Shown: positions 42,705 to 59,266, numbered from the stretch's first letter. The stretch is 64,000 nucleotides of DNA from Eledone cirrhosa (GCA_964016885.1 OZ024748.1:5828001-5892000), one strand, 5' to 3'. Numbers and translations are program-made. Notes: generated from the letters alone by a model not told the origin.

Positions 42705-43728
42705 ATTATTAATCTAGACAAATCGAATGGATTTGTACCCTTAAGTTAACCGACCAGTATAACCAGCCACTCTACCATGTTGATACTGGTTAGACCTAAG
42801 TTATGTGTACACGTGTCTGTAGAAAATCAAGCCACACACACACTAATTTAACAGAGATGGGGGCAACAGGTAAGCCAGTAGGGTGTATCCTGAGGGCTTT
42901 GAAACTATTTAAATGTCCATATCCTGATACACATGTAGATTATTCAAAAGCCGCTTGTGGATTTAACAAGTTGGCCATTCTGTTGATCAAATAACTGTAG
43001 CATTCATCATTGAAACCGACGGAGGTCAATTTAGTTATTCCCTTTCAATGCTTTTTGTTGCTTTTGATGTTGATTTTGTTATTTCTTTATATTTTTGTTG
43101 TTGTAGTTATTGTATTTGTAATAACATTTAAATAAATGTTTGCACTTAATCAACGCCTGCTTATACCACCGTAAACATAACAAAACAATAGAAAGCAATG
43201 AAACAGTATTCAGATTTAGTAAATTATATTTCCATTGTTAATGATATGTCTTGATTACTATTACTATCATTACTATCTCTTGTTATGTCCCTCATCTGTC
43301 ATCTGAAAAACACATTATTATGATAAATTGCTACTATTATCATTATTCGTATTATCGAGCCCATACATATTATTATGGTTTTATTATTACTTTATTATTA
43401 TCATTAATATTTAATGATTTGTGGAGTATATATTATGATTACTGGATATTCTACCGTCATGCCAAGACTCAAAACAGAGCTTATAGAGTTATAACAATCT
43501 CCTGAGTACAGGTGTAATACTAACGACATAGCAAAGCATTTGAAGAAGAACAAACATCAGTCTAAAATCTACCTGAGGCAATTATCATAGGTAAATTCTA
43601 AATGCTTCTACATAGGTAGATCGCATTTCTTGTTCCAATAAAAGATGGGGTTATGGTCATATTGTTTACCTGGACAGCTCTACCGGTGAAATTTCTTAGA
43701 ATCTGGTGCACACTGAAATAATCATTAG

Positions 43729-43799
<71 letters not shown>

Positions 43800-43819
43800 C
43801 ATTTTAATATATATATAAA

Positions 43820-46564
43820 TCCCTCCCCCATGAAGAATGCACCCCCCCCCCCAACATAGACTCATAGTCAGCGACCTCATAGTCAGGAAAAGACGTACTC
43901 GACAACAGAGGAGGACTAGCCTCAGGAGAAAAATATGGAAGCTAAAGGATACCACAGACAGTAATAAATTTAAAAGCATATTACTTGATGCTTTCGACAG
44001 TAAGGAAGAGCAATTAGAGTCGTACAATATAGAGGAACAGTGGGAATTCCTGAAAGCTAAACTGCTGAAGGCGGCAGATGAAGTTTGTGGCTGGAGCAGG
44101 GCTATAGGCAGGAGGAGAGTAACGTGGTGGTGGAATAGTAAGGTGGAGGAGTCAATTAAGGTCAAAAAGCAGGCTTGGAAAGTATGGCGGGATGGGGGAA
44201 CTAGAGAAGACTATCAAGTGGCCAGGAGGGAAGCTAGGAGACAAGTGTACTTCGCAAGAAGGGAAGCAGAGGAAAGAAAGTTCAAGCATGTTCTACAACG
44301 CGAGGACCAAAAACGTGAGGTGTACAGGATTGCTAGGCAATGTGTCAAGGAAAACCGTGATATTGTCGGGGAGAAGTGTGTCCTTAATGATGATGGTGTA
44401 CTTGCCATCACTGACGCTGATAAGAAGGTAGCTTGGAAGTGTCACTACGAAAGGCTACTAAATGAGGAGAATAAATGGGAGAAAGACAGTCTCCCCCACA
44501 TCGATCCAATAGTGGAGTTGAAGGTAGTATAAGTTGAGTTGAAGGTAGTGCGAGTTGAAGGTAGTATAATAAGTAAGGCAATCAAAGATATGAAGACGGG
44601 TAAGGCGGCCGGGCCTGCGGAAATAGTTGGTGAAATTCTGAAAGCATCTGGAACGGTGGGACACACTATGGTCACCCGCATACTAAACCAGGTCATACAG
44701 AATGGGGCCGTTCCGAAGGACTGGCGTAGCAGCATCATCATTAACTCCTACAAGGGTAAATGAGATGCTCTTGATAGGGGTAACTATAGAGGCATTAAAT
44801 TAATCGACCAGGTCATGAAGGTCACAGAAAAAGTAATAGCGCAACTAATCAGAGAACGAATTGATCTAGATGAAATGCAGTTCGGGTTCGTGTCAGGTAA
44901 AAGTACCACAGACGCTCTTTTCGTTGTACGACAACTACAAGAGAAGTACCTAGCTAAACCCTTATACTTAGCTTTTGTTGACTTGGAGAAAGCCTTTGAC
45001 AGAGTCCCCCGCTCCATTATCTGGTGGGTGCTTAGAGAACTAGGTGTTGATGAATGGCTTGTGAGATCTATACAAGCCATGTATAAAGAACCAGTCAGCA
45101 AGGTTAGAATTAACAACTAATATAGTGAAGAGTTTAGCGTAAAAGTTGGTGTTCATCAGGGCTCTGTTCTTAGCCTCCTACTATTTATTATTGCCCTTCA
45201 GGCTATAACAGAGGAGTTCAAGACCGGCTGCCCATGGGAACTCCTATATGCAGATGATCTAACGCTCATAGCTGAATCAATGGCTGAACTAGAGAAGAAA
45301 TTCCAAACATGGAAGCATGGCCTATAATCAAAAGGCCTTAAAGTTAATTTGTCTAAGACTAAAGTTCTAGTTTGTAGGAAGGAAAATAGGGTACCGGTCC
45401 CATCTGGGAAATGGCCATGCTTAGTGTGTAGGAAAGGAGTAGGCAGAAACTCCATTTTATGTCCCAAATGCAAAGTATGCGTGCATAAAAGATGTAGTGG
45501 GATCACAGGTAAGCTAACTAAGAATATAGATTTTATATGTGGCCGGTGCTCTGTTGCAATAAGTAGCAGCAAGTGCCCACAAATACTAGCTCATTCCATT
45601 GCACAGATAATACTATAGAAATAGTGGACACCTTCCGTTACCTGGGTGACAAAATCAGCAGTGGGGGAGGGTGCTCTGAAAGTACAGTAGCTAGAGTCAG
45701 AACGGGATGGAAAAAGTTCAGAGAGCTTATACCAATATTGGCCGCTAAAGAGTTCCCTCTAAAAATGAAAGGCAGGCTGTATAATGCCTGCATACGAACA
45801 GCAATGTTACATGGCAGTGAGACCTGGGCATTGTGTGCAGAGGATATACGCAGACTGGAAAGAAACGAAGCTTGCATGCTCCGCTGGATGTGTAATAGTA
45901 ATATACGTGAACGGCAAAGGATAAACGAACTAAGGGAGAAATTAGGAATAAGAGGGATCAGATGTTGTTTACTCGAGAGAAGACTACGTTGGTACGGTCA
46001 CGTGATGCGCATGAAAGACGACAGCTGTATAAAAAAGTGCAGGGCGATAAAAATAGACGGTAGCCACGGAGTAGGCAGACCCAGAAAAACCTGGGACGAC
46101 TTGATAAATTCCGACCTCACACACTTACACCTCTCCAAGACAATGTCACTGGACCGAGATCTTTGGCGCTACACAGTCATACAGAAGAACCGCCTTGCCT
46201 AAGTACAAAGCGAAACCTACAGTCAGTAGGCACCTCTAACAAAATACCCCCCCCCCCCCTCAACACCCTTAAATGTGAAGTTATGTTGGTACCACAGCAT
46301 CCAGTCCGAAACAAATGAGGTCGTGTAGGTGTCACGACAAAAAAACACACAGTCCACGCTGTAATGTGGCCGTGTAGGTAACACGGTAAAAACCTCCTAG
46401 TCCACACTGTAAACGTGGTTGGTGTTAGGAAGGGCATCCAGCCGTAGAAAACCCGCTAGACAGTCCTATACGAGCAGGACAACACATCTTGTCTCAAGTG
46501 GGAAACCTCCCGTCCAAACCCATGCAAGATGGAAGATGGATTTAAACGATGATGATGATGATGA

Positions 46565-46568
<4 letters not shown>
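43820..46568 (+). mobile_element. 5'-truncated RTE-clade LINE (non-LTR retrotransposon) with 3' UTR and (GAT)n tail
   Basis: Ends of the APE endonuclease region (PQHRLIVSDL) and TWWWN, then RT motifs NYRGIKL, QFGFVSGKSTTDA, AFVDLEKAFDRV, GVHQGSVLS and LLYADDL (45241), then C-terminal RLRWYGHVMRM..GRPRKTW. Inserted within (TA)n. Confidence 0.95.
43837..46202 (+). pseudogene. Disrupted RTE ORF (reverse transcriptase with a PHD-like Cys-rich insert)
   Basis: One frame with in-frame stops at 44530, 44761, 45118 and 45325, and a frameshift near 45570-45600. The Cys-rich insert is CLVCRKGVGRNSILCPKCKVCVHKRC...FICGRC. Confidence 0.9.
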
Positions 46569-46624
<56 letters not shown>

Positions 46625-46959
46625 GCATACACATTTTAATATATATATGTATATATATATAACATATATACTTATATATACACATACACATTTTAATATA
46701 TATATACGTATGATGATGATGATGATGTATGTATATATACATGTATATGTATATATATATATATACACATATACATGTATATATACATACATCATCATCA
46801 TCATCATACGTATATATATATTAATATATATATATATATACATATATATATTTATATATATATATACACACATATACATGTATATATGCATACATATATA
46901 TATATATATATATAGATATACACACATTTACATGTATATATGCATATATATATATATTA

Positions 46960-47036
<77 letters not shown>

Positions 47037-47335
47037 TAGCTCACCGTAAACAGCTTCAATAAAGGCGTTTGTCTATGAAAAACTAGTCTAAATTTTGAGC
47101 ATCTCAACTAAATTAAAGAATTTTCAGCGTTGCTTGTGGGATTAGAACTCACATCTGTTTTATGGCGAGGTAATCTGTTACCAAGTACATATTTATATGT
47201 ATATATATTACATATACATACATACACACGTGCATACCTAATATGTAAAAGTACATATATACATATTTCACATGACAAGTGTTTAAAAGTGCGCGCTTAT
47301 ACAATGGAACAAAACGAGAATCAGTACAACACACT

Positions 47336-47373
<38 letters not shown>

Positions 47374-47432
47374 AATGTACTATTATTTATACATATGTGT
47401 GCATATGTATATAAATTTATATATATATTTAT

Positions 47433-47490
<58 letters not shown>

Positions 47491-47497
47491 ACTTACA

Positions 47498-47533
<36 letters not shown>

Positions 47534-48386
47534 CGCTTACATGTGTATATATATATACATGTATTATATATATATATATATATATATATACATCCATTTA
47601 CATATATATATAAGTATATATATATATATATAATACATTTCTAAAAGCACAAGTGGAGAGAAAAATAAAAGAAATTAAACAAGTACAAAACATTATTCAT
47701 ACAAAAATATAAAAACAATGCAACAAAAATATATTGAAAATGAACATCAAAATAGAACAGTATGATTAATTAAAAAATACAAACGTACAATATAAAGTAA
47801 AACAACAATAACAACAATAACAACATTTATAGAGGAACTACAACAACAATAACAACAATAACAACATTAATTTGTGAAAGAAACGACAAAAAAACATGAA
47901 TGAAACACATGAAAAGAGAAAGTAGAAAGAAATTAAAATAGCATAGAAAACAAATAACAAAAAAAACCCAAAGAAAAGAAGTGAATGAAGCAAAGTGTAA
48001 AGAGAAAGAGGACAGGTATAGTGATGGTAGCGGCGGGGGTGGATGTAAACTTTTTTGTGTCACCCCTCAGGAACTTGGCGCTAGCCCACAAATGGGAAAT
48101 TCACGAAATTGTTGTATCCTCACGATGTAATCCCTTCTAATTTTAGATAGCTTAATAGATAGAGGATAGAAGGAAAGAGAATCTGCCTGAGTGCATTCGT
48201 TTGTGTGTATGCGTGTGTGAGTGAGAGACTATGTGCGTGTGTCAGTGTGTGTGTGATAAAAGCAGCAAGAGAAAAGTGGTATAGAAAGGAGAAAACTTCG
48301 AATGTATATATATATATATGTATATGTGTGTATATATGTATATAATATATTATATACATATATACACATTTGGATATATATAAATC

Positions 48387-48445
<59 letters not shown>

Positions 48446-48446
48446 G

Positions 48447-48553
<107 letters not shown>

Positions 48554-48614
48554 ATATATATATATATTATATATATATATGTATATATATACATATATAT
48601 ATATATATACATAT

Positions 48615-48683
<69 letters not shown>

Positions 48684-48793
48684 TATATATATACCTTAGA
48701 ATATTTATGAATCCAAAGGTATATATAAATATATATATACCTTGGGATTTTTCTTCTAGTATCATCTATCTATTATATATATATATATATATA

Positions 48794-48881
48794 TAGGAAA
48801 CCATTACCCACTCTACTACCTCAAGTATTGAGTACTTTGGTGCGTTATGGTCCACCTGGTTTCCTTACCACATTTCCTTCG

Positions 48882-48884
<3 letters not shown>
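48794..48884 (+). mobile_element. Hairpin family A copy with the palindrome deleted
   Basis: TAGGAAACCA is joined directly to TTACCCACTCTACTACC...CATTTCCTTCGT(TA)n. Confidence 0.8.
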
Positions 48885-48931
<47 letters not shown>

Positions 48932-49516
48932 GCTACACATCTTCACACATGCATACATACACAGGCACACACACACAGACACACACACACATATAATTAT
49001 ATACGGCAATAGCATTAAATGGAAAGTGAGTGGGTTAAAGAGAAAAATAAAGACAGAACATAACTATATATGGAGAGAAAAGAAACTCAACATTTCCTCA
49101 AGATTTCGAACATAAAGTTCTTTATCTCAATATTTCCCAAATAAATTTCCCCAGAATAGATTTGTAGTTCAACGGAATTATTGAATTACAGGTTTGTGTA
49201 TTGTAGTAATAAAATAAATAGCAATCCTGTTCGTTTTATTTTTTGTTTTTTTTTTCATTCTGGCAAAGGTTTAGAATACGTTATACATATGTTTGTGTAT
49301 TTTTATATGGTGGTGGATGGGTTTGGCAGGGAAGAATTATTGTTTTCAGTATTTTTATTTATTTATGATATATTTGGCATTTACATCTATCAACGACAGC
49401 AAATAAAAAAATTACACACACAAACATATATACATATAAATACATATAAGTGTATTTACATATATACATATATATATATATACATGTAAATATACATATA
49501 TACATACATATCTATA

Positions 49517-49604
<88 letters not shown>

Positions 49605-49833
49605 CACCCGAAAGTTTTATAAAGGTGTTGTGTGTATGTATATCGGAAGGTTTCGCGGTTTAGAGACAGGGAAACCGTAGGTTACAGTAATCATTAATGC
49701 CTGTTAAGATGTAGGTGGATAGTAACGGGTAAAATCCCAATGGAGAGGGCGCTGTGTTGAGACTTTATCAAATATATGTTTATATATTTATGTGTACATA
49801 TAAATATATATATATATATATATTATATGTGAT

Positions 49834-49871
<38 letters not shown>

Positions 49872-50211
49872 GTTTGTATGTGCTTGCACATGTACCTCCG
49901 TGTATATGTAAACGTGAGAAGGAATTTCTCTGTAAATAGGTATTCAATAAAAACCACTACCTGTGCAAAATTGCTTAAAATATTCGCATGTAAACATAAT
50001 GTATTTTAAATGATTATTAATATTATTTTTCATATTCCACAATGCTGCAAGCAAACATAAACACTGGATTATTAATATTATATGGTGCTAAATCATAGAG
50101 AAATACCTCGCATGTAGCTGTGTAAAAGTATGTATTAAGTCAGACAGAGATATATATTTTATATATTATATTTATACACAATTAAACATAGAAAAACATA
50201 CAATCTATCAA

Positions 50212-50247
<36 letters not shown>

Positions 50248-50251
<4 letters not shown>

Positions 50252-50409
50252 AAAAAGTATGACCCCGACGGCACAGTTCAAGCCGTTTTTCTGGACCAGA
50301 AATAGCCGTCGAAACGGCTTGAGCTCTGCCGTCGTGGTAATACTTTTTCCAATTACCCACTCTACTACCCTATGTATTGAGTCTGGTTCCTTACCACAAT
50401 TCCTTCGTT
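50248..50409 (+). mobile_element. Hairpin family A copy with internal deletions
   Basis: GGAAAAAGTATGACCCCGACGG...CCGTCGTGGTAATACTTTTTCC plus the long-arm tail. Confidence 0.8.
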
Positions 50410-50517
50410 ATATATATATATATATATATATATAATTTCTATTCGTCTAAACGTGAAACTAATAAGTTTTCATCTTATGGCAGACTCTGGCTTGCTCATT
50501 TTAATTTTTATTCCTTG

Positions 50518-50588
<71 letters not shown>

Positions 50589-50616
50589 TACACATATATA
50601 TGTGTGTGTGTGTATG

Positions 50617-50702
<86 letters not shown>

Positions 50703-50916
50703 GAATTTAATTCATGTGTAACGTTTAGTTACTATTTTTTCTGCAGTTGTAGCACTCAATGCAAATCTATCTGGCTTTCTCTCCCACTCTCTCACTGCCT
50801 CTCTCTTTCTCTATAAATATATACAGAAACAGATATATATATATAAATATACATCAGATTAAAAGTACATGTATCTCAAAATATATACATATATATCTCA
50901 TTATATATATGTGTGT

Positions 50917-51019
<103 letters not shown>

Positions 51020-51059
51020 TATATAAATATATGTATATATATGTATATATATATAATCT

Positions 51060-51103
<44 letters not shown>

Positions 51104-51169
51104 TAAAACAGTATATAGATATATTTGAAGAAAATATAGAAACATATAATATATATGGGATATATATAT

Positions 51170-51272
<103 letters not shown>

Positions 51273-52280
51273 GCATATATGTTTTTATGTATGATGGTAT
51301 ATAAAATTCATATATATTTCAAAAGACTTATTTGATATGAAACATATGATTTTTTTTTTTTTTTGTCTGTTTGTGTGTATATATATATGTGTGTATATGT
51401 ATGTATGCATATATATATGAATATCGGCAGCTATGCTAGTTCGAATGAATATATGTATATATGTATGTATGTATGTATGAATGTATGTTTATATATAAGT
51501 ATTCATTCATGTATATATGTATTTATTTATGTATATATGTATATACTTAAGTAGATAAATATGTATGTGTTTATGTATATATGTAAGTATGTATGGATCT
51601 ATGTACGTATGTATATCTCTTAAGAATTTTCGAATCCGTCAACTGTGAACGGACTGCCTCTTTCGTTCTAGTGAGGCAGGAGAGTGTGACAAAAATTGGT
51701 GCCAATCCAAACATCGCGAATCTAATACCATGAATCCTTCACATACGTCGTCTCGGTGGGATTTGCATATTTTTGCAGATGGTATATCTATTAATAGTCT
51801 TTCTGATAATGTTTTTAGCGACTAATGAACAAATTTAGAACCATTAAAAGTAGGTTTTAAGTAATATTGATTTAGAAATGGAAACAGAATTATATTAATT
51901 TCCAAGCATTTTAAAATAAGAAAATTGTAAATGACAGAGAAAGTCCCAGAGTTTTTGATAAGAGAAAAGTGAATACAGAAATAAATTGGAGAAAGAGTGA
52001 CTTAATGATTTCAAAAATGTATAAGCTTACATATATAGTGGATGTGTAGTTGTTTTTATCATATCAACAATTTTAAAACAATAAAAAGACATGTCTTCAC
52101 TTTGCAAACGTGTCTGTAAATAAGGGAGAGAGATACGGATAACTGTCTATACAAAATATATAATATTAGATTTATAATTTGTTAAAATACAAATAAACAT
52201 ACTTGACAACCTATCTATTTATCTATCTATATGTGTGTGTGTCTGAATGTGCATATGTATATATATATATGTGTGTGTAT

Positions 52281-52335
<55 letters not shown>

Positions 52336-52363
52336 CATATATATTTATATACATATATATTTG

Positions 52364-52428
<65 letters not shown>

Positions 52429-52532
52429 GCATATATATACACACACATATATATACATATATATACATATATATACACATATATATACATGTATATACGT
52501 ATTTATATATATATGTATATATATATATTTTG

Positions 52533-52574
<42 letters not shown>

Positions 52575-52668
52575 ATATGATATAATATAATATTTATTAT
52601 ATACTTGAATATATAAACGCAGCAAAATATATACACACACCTATATATTAGTCTATATATATATATAA

Positions 52669-52770
<102 letters not shown>

Positions 52771-52987
52771 ATATATATACGTGTGTGTGTGTGTGTGCGT
52801 ATGTAGCTGTGCGTGCGCATGATACTATCTATAATTGTTAATGTATATGTAGGTGTAAATAGCTGTCAGAATTTAGGGTCCCATAATTTTGCATCTAGAC
52901 ACATACAGATGAGTATAAATATGTCTATGTGTGTGTGTGTACATATCTGTATATGTGTATATGCATATATGTGTATATATACACACA

Positions 52988-53039
<52 letters not shown>

Positions 53040-53433
53040 CATATATATTTCTATAACTATATATATATAGTTCTAATACATGGTCTTTATCATTAGGAGT
53101 TTGTTAAGGAACAACATTTATTCAGCCCCGTGTATATGGTCAAGGATGGTATCAAGTTAACAACTGGCTATTTCGAAGTCACTATTTGGTGGATAAAAAA
53201 GTTAGATCGATAAATCAAGTATGAGATTTAACAAAAATAATAATTGACGATTGTGTGTTTGTGTTAGAAAAATGTAATGGGTTGTCCCACAACAGCCTAA
53301 CTTGCTCTGGAATATAAATATATACGCCATCATGTAATTACAAATAAATATAAAATATATATTATATATTTATATACATATAACTGTATTTATATATGCA
53401 TATATATGTATATATTTATTAATACATATGTGA

Positions 53434-53474
<41 letters not shown>

Positions 53475-53731
53475 TAGATATTTATATATATATAGATATA
53501 GATAGATAAATATACACGGGTGTGTATGATTGTGTATAGAAGATTATATTAATAAGAGGAATTCCAACTTACTCGTTTTATTTACAATCCCTTAAAATGT
53601 ATAATGGTATTATAATGAAATAGTATGATAGAATATTAAATGTTAAGTGTTAATTGAACAAGTACTTTCATGCTTTCGCAATCTTCAGGTTCATAATGTG
53701 TGGTGACAGTCAAGTTTGCAATTTTCAACTA

Positions 53732-53805
<74 letters not shown>

Positions 53806-53910
53806 TATATATATATACACATATATTCGTGTATATATTTATATATATATATATAGACACATATTCATGAATATATATATACATGTATATATATATATGT
53901 ATATATATAT

Positions 53911-53979
<69 letters not shown>

Positions 53980-54009
53980 AATATATATATATATATATAT
54001 ATATGTTTT

Positions 54010-54077
<68 letters not shown>

Positions 54078-54317
54078 TACTTATATACATGTACATATAT
54101 ATATATATACAAATACTTATATATAAATATATACATATATTCATGTATATATTTATATATATATATGTATAAATAAATATATATGTATATATATATATAC
54201 ATATATATTGATATATGTATATCTATCTATATATATATATACATATTAATATATATATCTATATATATTCACATGAATATATATAAATACATACATGAAT
54301 ATATATAAATATATACA

Positions 54318-54396
<79 letters not shown>

Positions 54397-54512
54397 ATAA
54401 CGAAGGAAATGTGGTAAGGAACCAGTTCTCTGCAGATATATGTACGTAGTTGCATATGTATATATATATATATATACATGTATATATATATATATATATA
54501 TACATGTATATA

Positions 54513-54563
<51 letters not shown>

Positions 54564-54609
54564 GTATATATATATATGTATATATACATATATATATATA
54601 CATATATAT

Positions 54610-54836
<227 letters not shown>

Positions 54837-54841
54837 ACTAT

Positions 54842-54920
<79 letters not shown>

Positions 54921-54921
54921 T

Positions 54922-55016
<95 letters not shown>

Positions 55017-55209
55017 ACTACGTAGATATAACTGCAGAGAAGTGCCACGTGTTTTTGAAAGATGGGTGTTTAATTGACGCCGCTTTTTTTAACCTTTTAT
55101 TATATCTATTACCACTGTAGTGAAGATACAGTTATAATTAATGGACCATGCTTGATAGCTACTACTACTACTACTACTACTGCTCCTCCTTCAAAAATAA
55201 CTCCTTATA

Positions 55210-55277
<68 letters not shown>

Positions 55278-55384
55278 GCTACTACTACTACTACTTTTAA
55301 TAGTAAGAAACACTTGCTTAGAGTTCATCCTTCTAATTTTAAACTTTATTTTTGCGACATTATTCTTATACATTTACATGTATG

Positions 55385-55475
<91 letters not shown>

Positions 55476-55669
55476 ATTTATATGTATATATATTTATATT
55501 TATGTATATATATATTTATACGTATATATATATATATTTATATATATATTTATATGTATATATATATATTTATATATATTTATATTTATATATATATATA
55601 TTTATATTTATATATATATATATGTATATTTATATTTATATACTTATAAATGTATATATATATGCATTC

Positions 55670-55719
<50 letters not shown>

Positions 55720-55855
55720 ATATATATATATACATATATATATACATCTATATATATACGTATATATATATATATATGTATATATTTATATATATATATA
55801 CATACAAATGCATATATATATATTTATAAGTATATAAATATAAATATACATATAT

Positions 55856-55894
<39 letters not shown>

Positions 55895-55948
55895 AATATA
55901 TATATATATTTATATATATATATTTATATGTATATTTAGATATATAGA

Positions 55949-56003
<55 letters not shown>

Positions 56004-56118
56004 TTATACGTATAAATATATATATACGTATAAATATATATATACATAAATATATATATGCATATAAATATATATACATATAAATATACATACATATACA
56101 TACACATTAATATATGTA

Positions 56119-56198
<80 letters not shown>

Positions 56199-56212
56199 TA
56201 TACACATTAATA

Positions 56213-56270
<58 letters not shown>

Positions 56271-56693
56271 AATGTGTGTGAATGCATTGGTGAAACAGAC
56301 TGTATGTTATGACTCTCTGTTTCATCCAATATATTGTGACTATGTTAAATATAATAATATTAAAACTAAATAATAGTAATAATAATATCACTAATAATAA
56401 TGATTTCATTTATTAGCCACAAGGGCCGACATGTAGGCGAAAAATAATAATAACAATAGGAACAAGAATGATAATTTTGCGTATAAATTTTCAGCGTTTT
56501 GTGTAAAATAGATCGATATTTGTACGGGTTTACATCGATTAAGTAAATTATTGATTATATGAAAGGAATACTATAAAATAATCCAAGATATTATATACTA
56601 GCATATAATTCGCAATAAATCAGTGAATACATCCTTATAAATTTCTATGTACTGCTTATTTGGCTATGTGGTATTTTGGTTGCGTATATAAAT

Positions 56694-56804
<111 letters not shown>

Positions 56805-56805
56805 A

Positions 56806-56970
56806 AGTGGAAGAATATGCTACGAAATCATAAGACGTGTCCGTCGAACCTGCGGGTCCTGAATCATACAGATCCACACAACGATCGCGTCTCGAGCTGT
56901 CCGTCGGCGAAACAACTGTAACACATAATAAATTAAATTCAGATGCATCACTGATTTTTTGTTTTATATT
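56806..56970 (+). mobile_element. Family B element with hammerhead-like motif (CCGTCGA...GAAA-CAACTG-TA)
   Basis: CGTGT-CCGTCGA-A...TCCGTCGGC-GAAACAACTGTA-ACAC. Homologous to 59267-59441 and lies within (TA)n. Confidence 0.65.
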
Positions 56971-57179
56971 ATATTATATATATATATATATATTTTTTTT
57001 TTTACATATAAACTACTCATAATATATACATGTATATATATATATATATGTGTGTGTATACATATACAATATATATATAATCTAACATATGTATATATAT
57101 AATATAACATATATATATATATAAAATATATATATAATATAACACACACACATACACACACACATATATGTATATATAT

Positions 57180-57253
<74 letters not shown>

Positions 57254-57332
57254 ATATACATATTTATATATATAGATATATTATATATAATATAACATAT
57301 ATATATACATATAAAATAATATATCATATATA

Positions 57333-57918
57333 TGGTGACTTTCAACTCGTTTTCGACTAAGGCACTTAGTTTATATACATGTAGGAGAACCCCTACATTT
57401 GCGCTGAACGAGTGCGACTTTTTAGTCCAGCCAGCGACTTGAAAACACTGGTACAAACACTACACTTGTGACAATTATTGACACATAGTGCTGGGCCCAT
57501 GGTACCATGTGACGACAAGTGCAGAGAGATCTCCAGATATAAAGCAATGCCTGTGCCGTGAAGCTTTTATAGTGAGCAAAGGCACTGCACAAAGCCAGTC
57601 CCACTCTCTTAACCAAGATGATATTTACCAAAAAGAAGAACAAGTCAACATCATTGGATACTATCAGGGTTGCAGGTGTTATATCAGAGTTTTCCTTTTC
57701 CAAGAATTCTGCCTTGACAAAGACTAAGGGGAAATCTCTGCCGGTGATTTTGGATGGCCATTGACTCTTAAGTGCTCTTTTGCCCTCTGACAGGTTTTGT
57801 TTTTAGTCTTGCAGGATGTCCAAAGTGACCCTCCTCACCAAGAAACCTTTGTGGTGTTGCCAGCTTAATCGTCAACGACCCGACCACGGGAGAGGTTGTA
57901 CTGGGATACATGTTATCA
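57333..57918 (-). mobile_element. ~590-bp internally deleted (non-autonomous) RTE/BovB-like element
   Basis: The 3' ~220 bp match 30256-30474 (C2H2 tail). The upstream part is UTR-like, with a weak endonuclease-like peptide (DLFFF...RVGLA). Flanked by (TA)n. Confidence 0.6.
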
Positions 57919-58069
57919 TATATATATATATATATACACATATAATATATATACATAGATATAATATATATAGATATATAGATATGTATATATAACACAT
58001 ATACATATAAAATACCACACACACATTCGAGCCCTCTTTGGATTTTAGTCTTCAAATTTATTATTATTA

Positions 58070-58115
<46 letters not shown>

Positions 58116-58134
58116 ATGAGAATATATATATATC

Positions 58135-58449
58135 TCATCATCATCATCATCATCATCATCATCGTTTAACGTCCATATTCCACGCTTGCATGGGTTTGGA
58201 CGGGGGTTTTCCCACTTGAGGCAAGAGTGGTTGTCTTGCTCGCATAGGACTGTCTGGCGGGTTTTCTACGGCTGGATGCCCTTCCTAACACCAACCACAT
58301 TTACAGTGTGGAACTGGGAGGTTTTTACCGTGTTGCCTACAGGGCCACATTACAGCGTGGACTGTGTGTTTTTTTGTCGTGACACCTACACGACCTCCTT
58401 TGTTTCGGGCTGGATGTTGTGACACCAACATAACTTTACATTGAAGGGA
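58135..58449 (-). mobile_element. 5'-truncated copy (3' UTR only) of the RTE LINE at 43820
   Basis: Reverse complement of ~46266-46568, including the (GAT)n tail. Confidence 0.9.
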
Positions 58450-58453
58450 TATA

Positions 58454-58564
<111 letters not shown>

Positions 58565-58954
58565 ATATATACATTTAATATTGTATATTCATATATTCAG
58601 AAAATATATTAAATTTCACACCCGTCTAATCTTAACTAGCCATTTATGCGCTTGTGTAACAATGGCAGTTTCTTGATTATTTAATGATACGGTCCCTCAT
58701 TGAAGCCAGGACAAATAACATATTTCCAAAACATCTGTCCGTTCATATAATCGAACGCAAGACTTTACCTCTCTTTACTGTACTCTCTGAACAACAGACC
58801 ATGCGCATTGACAGTAGCAACCACACACACACACAAACACACACATATATATATATATTTATTTATTTATTTATTAATATATTTATTGTAACCTGTACTA
58901 ACAACAAATATTTACTCTACGGCTTTATATATACTAATATATACAACATTTATT

Positions 58955-59007
<53 letters not shown>

Positions 59008-59009
59008 CA

Positions 59010-59168
59010 AAATCAAAAGATGGTGAAAAGAGTTCCATGTATTTTATTATGCGCATTTGAAAAACAAATATCATCATGGGATGATATTTGCGTTCTCATC
59101 AGATAAAATAGGGAGACATGATATGAAGCTTAAAAAACATTTGCGAGCAGTGAAGTGTTAAATCAACA
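59010..59168 (-). mobile_element. Family C hammerhead element, second copy (core G12 changed to C)
   Basis: The minus strand reads TATTTTAT-CTGATGA-GAACG CAAATATCATC CCAT GATGATATTTG TTTTT-CAA-ATGCGCAT-A-ATAAAATA. Confidence 0.8.
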
Positions 59169-59266
59169 TATCATATATATATACGTGTGTATAATGGTAG
59201 CTATGGTGCTTCCATAGGCGGTATGCCTAAATTAGCACTCAATATTCTTACAGAGCAGAGTGTGAA

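Noticed and set aside
57855-57910. HDV-like ribozyme hint (ACC-TCTCCCGT-GGT) at the 5' end of the RTE derivative
   Set aside because: The P3/L3-like element is visible, but no convincing P1 could be built and P2 is not adjacent to P3.
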